A program made the translations under genes and the position numbers. This document shows, piece by piece, positions 28,111 to 32,234 of a stretch of 32,234 nucleotides of DNA (position 1 is its first letter; each line of letters starts with the position of its first letter). The notes under the pieces are model-generated. The model did not search any database. It was not told the DNA's origin and saw only the letters and a list, made by a program, of their open reading frames with translations. The stretch is from Patescibacteria group bacterium UBA2591 (GTDB lineage Bacteria; Patescibacteriota; Patescibacteriia; UBA2591): NCBI GenBank assembly GCA_002339755.1, contig DDKT01000044.1, positions 1-32,234 of the forward strand. Reading direction: 5' to 3'.

Positions 28111-28296
28111 TCACCAACTAGATTTTCTAATTCCTGGAATTAGTCCTTGGCTAGCCAATTCCCGAAAACAGATTCGGCACAAATCAAAATCACGCATGTA
28201 GCCGCGTTTGCGGCCACAGCGCCAGCAACGCCGAACCATTCTGGTAGAATATTTCGGCTTTTTCTTCGATTTAGCTATGTGGGCTACGGTTGCCAT
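28111..28296 (-). CDS. rpsN: 30S ribosomal protein S14, zinc-binding type Z (61 aa)
   Basis: [25 protein letters not shown]; start moved to ATG 28296 to give the canonical length. Confidence 0.97.
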   Translation of the reverse strand: MATVAHIAKSKKKPKYSTRMVRRCWRCGRKRGYMRDFDLCRICFRELASQGLIPGIRKSSW

Positions 28297-28680
28297 AAAT
28301 ATATAAGTATTCAGCTGCTCTGTTTTCTTAGGCATTGCTCCGTTCTGTCCTTTAAGGCCTTTGGAGGGGGTAATTGCTGAAATTTTTCTTCAAATTATTT
28401 TTTAAAAAAAATATCCTACCTACTGAGTATTGTAAATTAAGTTGCTTTGATTTTGTCCAAAATTAAGCCAAAATTAAGAGAAAACTCTGCAAACCAATTC
28501 ACAAATATCAGTATCTAAAATGCGGAAAGTAAAACAGATTTACCCCAAAATTATTGAGAGAGAGCACAACAAAAATAATAATAACATAAATTTTTTAATC
28601 TGTAAATATAGTTTAGAATTTTAATATCTTAAGGCCTCGATAAAGAGGTTTCAGTTAAAAATATTAGAAGATATTAGAAG

Positions 28681-28857
28681 TTTTATTTTGATACTGAATT
28701 TAAGCAAATGCATAAAGCTAGTGGTGCGCTGCAAATTCAATCTTTTTTAAAGAGACGAAAGAAAGCATAAATCTTAAACAAAGTAATCGGATTCCTTAAC
28801 CAAATCAAAGAATCTATTGAGGCAACAAGATTTAGATTATTGGAAATCAAATATTGA
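28681..28857 (+). pseudogene. possible 3' gene remnant
   Basis: 59-codon frame FYFDTEFKQMHK...KKA*ILNKVIGFLNQIKESIEATRFRLLEIKY* with one TAA (28768-28770). Confidence 0.25.
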
Positions 28858-28997
28858 GAATTTATTAGAATTTCAAGTTTGAGTATTAAATTTAGTTATT
28901 TCTGTTTTTAAATAATTTGAGTATAAATAAAAAATTGCTAATTAGAACAAAGGGGAAATATTTATAAAAAAGATAATATTAACTTTAAATATCGCTT

Positions 28998-29342
28998 ATG
29001 ACTATTGAAAAGTGGGAAAATTTAACAGGAATGATTAGAGAGAATTTTGGCATCGATGAACAAAGAAAAGAAAAATTAGACTTGGGAGAAGATGCTATGG
29101 GGAAAAAGGTTGAGGGAGAAATAGAGATTATTGAATTTAAAGGACCTTTAGGAAAGATGAAACTAGAATTAATAATAAAACCATTAATTTTAGAGAAAAA
29201 GACGCTTTATTCTCACAGAATCGGTGGCCAAGTTCGGGTAAATTATCTTTATTCGGAAACAGAAAAAACTTATCAATTCAAAGTTTATCAAAAAAAAGAA
29301 AATGAGTGGATAGAAATAAAAGCAGAAAAATTGATCAAATAA
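28998..29342 (+). CDS. conserved hypothetical protein (CPR-type)
   Basis: 114-aa ORF with EF.GPLGKMKLE...KP..L.KKT.YS.RIG, resembling a Parcubacteria hypothetical family (from recall). Confidence 0.75.
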   Translation: MTIEKWENLTGMIRENFGIDEQRKEKLDLGEDAMGKKVEGEIEIIEFKGPLGKMKLELIIKPLILEKKTLYSHRIGGQVRVNYLYSETEKTYQFKVYQKKENEWIEIKAEKLIK

Positions 29343-29434
29343 GTAATTTTTAGAAATTTTCAAAACTGATTAAATTAGGATTTATTTTCTAAATACTTAA
29401 TCCAGGAGCTTAAATTTAAAATTTTCAATAACTT

Positions 29435-30205
29435 ATGCTTTACTTTCTCAATCGATCTATTCCGTTTTTTGCTCCTATTCTTATTTTGATTGGCCTAGAA
29501 ATAATTTTAATAAAGCCGAGCTTGCTTTGGTGGATAGCCTTTTTTTTATTAATGATTTTTTTCCTATCTTTCTGGCAATTGACCAACCGGAAATTTAACA
29601 AAGAATTTTGGCAACTCTTCTTAGCCCCTCTTCTGTTTTTTCTAAGCAGTTTATTGTTTTTTACTCTCCTTACTCCTAAAAATGACTGGCTAAAACATCT
29701 AATAATCCTCTTTATAGCTATTTCTTTAGTTGTCATCCTGGAAAGTATCTTTAGCTTCTTCCATCGTCGAGAGAAATATCCTCTTTACACCATTGAAAAT
29801 ATTTATAGTTATTTGGATTTAATTACTCTTTTCTTTTCTTTAACCAGCTTTTATAGCTTAATTATCTTTTCAAATTTCCCTGTTTGGCTTTTTTTGTCTT
29901 TAGTCATTTTTCTTATCAGCCTTCTTAGCTATCAAGTTTTTTGGGCTAATAAGATCTTGAATAAAAAAAGTTTAATTTTTATTTTGATTATTAGTCTAAT
30001 CATAGGAGAGTTATTTTGGATAATAACCTTTTGGCCAACTAATTTTTATTTTAATGCTTTGTTCTTAACTCTCTTTTATTATATAATGATAGGGCTAAGT
30101 CGTTATCATCTACTTGACCACTTGGAAAAAAAAATAATAAAAAGATATTTAATTATTAGCGGTACCTGCCTTTTGATTCTTCTTTTAACAACTCCTTGGA
30201 GTTAG
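29435..30205 (+). CDS. multi-pass membrane protein, unknown function
   Basis: 256 aa, ~8-9 hydrophobic helices; co-oriented with neighbours. Confidence 0.8.
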   Translation: MLYFLNRSIPFFAPILILIGLEIILIKPSLLWWIAFFLLMIFFLSFWQLTNRKFNKEFWQLFLAPLLFFLSSLLFFTLLTPKNDWLKHLIILFIAISLVVILESIFSFFHRREKYPLYTIENIYSYLDLITLFFSLTSFYSLIIFSNFPVWLFLSLVIFLISLLSYQVFWANKILNKKSLIFILIISLIIGELFWIITFWPTNFYFNALFLTLFYYIMIGLSRYHLLDHLEKKIIKRYLIISGTCLLILLLTTPWS

Positions 30206-30222
30206 TTCCGTTTTATTAACAT

Positions 30223-31491
30223 ATGAAAAACACAAAAACAACAATTCACCTTGAAAAATTTTATAAAAATCATAAATTCAATCAATTAGAAAAGCCTGTT
30301 CGTTTAGGCTGGAAGACTATTTTGCTTAACATAATTCTAGCTCTTATTTTCGGCTTTTTAGCTGGCCTTAGCGGAGGTTTGTTTGTTTTGATAACCCGAA
30401 GTATTAAAATCCCTTTTTATAAAGAACTCAATTTAGATGAAATGCTGCCCAAGCGAGAAATTGTCATTAAAACTCGAGAGGTAGTTAATGTCCTACCTAA
30501 TCAACAAAGAGCAGAACTAATAAAACAGAGTCAAGGCCAAGTGGTAAAGATATTTCTAAAAAAACCAGAAGCTGCGGTTAAAAAAATTTTAGAACAGATT
30601 TATCAAGACGAAGAAACGCTAGGACAAGGATTTGTTCTAACCAATGACGGCTGGATAATTTCTCATCGCGAAGTTATTTCTGATTTTAAAAAAGAATATT
30701 TAATATGTGCTTCTAATAAAATGTTGTATCCTGTGGAAAAAATTCTAATCGATCCCTTAACTGGGGTTATTTTTTTAAAAATCGAAGCCGAAGGACTTGA
30801 AGTAGTTAAATTAGGGGAAAAAGAAGATATTGCTTTGGGAGAAGAAGTTCTAGTTGCAGATGGAGCAAATCAAGTAAAAATAAGAGAAATCACAAAAATT
30901 CAAAATCTCAAAATTACAAAAACAGAGGATTTAATTGAATCTTCAGATAAACTTTCGAGATTTGTTCAAATCAACCAAGGGTTAGCAGATAATTTTAAGG
31001 GGGCTCCGGTAACAAATCTAAAGGGTTCAATTATTGGAATTTTAATAAAAGGAAAAGAGGTAGAAGTAAAAAATATTATTCCAGTAAATTACTTTAAATC
31101 CCTAATAAATCAAATTTTAAAAGAAGGGAAAAATTTAAAAAGTGGGGACAGTCTTAAAAGACCAAGTTTAGGAGTAAATTATCTAGATTTAGCTCAAGCT
31201 CGGGGCATAACAGATAAACGCTTTAAAGACTTAAAAAGAGGTGCCTTAGTTTGGGGCCCTCCCCTTAAGGAAAGCGCTGCCTTCAAGGCTGAAATTAAAA
31301 ATGCTGATGTTATTTTGAAAGTTAATAATGATTTAATAAATGGACGCTCTAGCTTAACAGAATTAATCCAAGAATACAAACCGAATGATAAAATTATTTT
31401 AACAATTCTAAGAGAAGGAAAAGAAGAAAAGATAGAAGTCGAATTAGAAACTTTGGACAATAATAGCCACCCAGCTATCCCAAAAGAGTAG
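30223..31491 (+). CDS. HtrA/DegP-like protein with PDZ domain, catalytic residues degenerate
   Basis: TM anchor, G.GFVLTNDGWII, GAPV.NL.G.IIGI, RP.LGV, PDZ; lacks TNxH and GNSGG. Confidence 0.8.
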   Translation: MKNTKTTIHLEKFYKNHKFNQLEKPVRLGWKTILLNIILALIFGFLAGLSGGLFVLITRSIKIPFYKELNLDEMLPKREIVIKTREVVNVLPNQQRAELIKQSQGQVVKIFLKKPEAAVKKILEQIYQDEETLGQGFVLTNDGWIISHREVISDFKKEYLICASNKMLYPVEKILIDPLTGVIFLKIEAEGLEVVKLGEKEDIALGEEVLVADGANQVKIREITKIQNLKITKTEDLIESSDKLSRFVQINQGLADNFKGAPVTNLKGSIIGILIKGKEVEVKNIIPVNYFKSLINQILKEGKNLKSGDSLKRPSLGVNYLDLAQARGITDKRFKDLKRGALVWGPPLKESAAFKAEIKNADVILKVNNDLINGRSSLTELIQEYKPNDKIILTILREGKEEKIEVELETLDNNSHPAIPKE

Positions 31492-31566
31492 AATAGAGAA
31501 TATTTAATAAATAATCAATAGCAACAGGATTGATCACAACGTACCAAATTTAGCCTCTTGGAATAA

Positions 31567-31728
31567 ATAATAGACAATTACGCACCTTTAAAATTGCGTT
31601 AAAATAAAGGCAAAAGTTGATTTTAAAGTAAAAATCTATAAAACCAAACAAAACCTATCTCTAACTAAATCCTAGTTTATCTTATTGAATTTTAAAGAAA
31701 AAACTATTAACCAAATAGATGCCTTATT
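31567..31728 (-). repeat. right copy of ~162-bp inverted repeat
   Basis: Reverse complement aligns to 1591-1752. Confidence 0.95.
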
Positions 31729-31821
31729 AGCTTTAGAAATCAAAATAATGTTCTAACTATTGTTTTTATTCCTCCAAATTAGTTCGAATAAACCAAGACT
31801 TCTGTCCGCTTATTTCTTAAA

Positions 31822-32234
31822 CTACTGAACACATATAAAAAAGGTAGTGGCATATTTATGCTTAGCACTACCTTTTAGGTAATCAAAAAACTCAAGGTCT
31901 TCCTTGATTATTACGACTGAACTAAACTTAAACAACAACTCCCTCCTTGAGTCTATATGGCTCATAAAGTAAAGTCCAGTGATAACAGTTCGGGCATATA
32001 GCGAAATCTGTTTCGCAATTATGAGTAAAGCCCCAAAGCCCTTGAACAGTTCCATGAATGTTGTAGGTGAACAACCCACGGTGTTCACATATTTTGCAAA
32101 TTAATTTAGCCATTCCCCCAAGTCTTTTCTTTAATTCCTTGTCTGAACATTTCCTTAGTTCCGGCAATATTGCTTTTAAAAGAACTATCAAAAAGTTCGT
32201 AAAGTTTTGCTGCCGTATTAAATCATCTAAAATG
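31822..32234 (-). pseudogene. hypothetical Cys-rich protein, probably frameshifted, may start beyond the window
   Basis: CKIC...CPNC frame ends at 31928; a protein-like tail (KFSSVVIIKEDLEFFDYLK) continues in another frame to 31822. Confidence 0.35.

Larger units (their letters stand above)
1591..31728. mobile_element. inverted-repeat-bounded ~30 kb island of CPR-like DNA (non-autonomous element or captured-DNA array)
   Basis: Long terminal inverted repeats; interior of CPR-like gene blocks with truncated neighbours; no mobility gene; no target-site duplication found. Confidence 0.55.

Noticed and set aside
442-31460. Short antisense or alternate-frame ORFs in the track overlapping called genes
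   Set aside because: Shadows of well-supported genes with no independent motifs
31800-31860. LPFLY...SLR peptide resemblance between the right flank and the left-flank pseudogene
   Set aside because: Very short, low complexity, and the frame is closed just upstream
1-32234. Genetic code 25 (TGA=Gly), CRISPR array or integron attC array
   Set aside because: TGA ends dapB, comM, rpsE and rpsN at normal positions; no regularly spaced repeats or recurring cassette sites were seen

Overview
The window is dominated by a ~30 kb AT-rich segment (1591-31728) bounded by a pair of ~162-bp imperfect inverted repeats, each carrying three conserved CTTTAAAAT boxes. The segment encodes no recognisable transposase or integrase. 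Its content looks like a patchwork of Patescibacteria/CPR-type DNA: an orphaned rpsN-rpsH-rplF-rplR-rpsE-rplO-secY block with no rpmD, dksA/traR-lspA-comM, tRNA-Ala(CGC), GH57-kinase-PHP, NfeD-SPFH, a lone hydrogenase/AsrA-like subunit, a degenerate HtrA, and a 1799-aa alpha-2-macroglobulin with a Hint domain in its bait region. Several blocks end abruptly at gene boundaries and leave truncated neighbours. Many genes, the repeats, and the compositionally different dapB outside the left repeat show C->T/G->A changes at normally conserved positions, plus nonsense and frameshift pseudogenes. My best reading is foreign DNA that was captured, concatenated and is now eroding. A chimeric assembly cannot be excluded from sequence alone. 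All alignments and family calls were made by eye.
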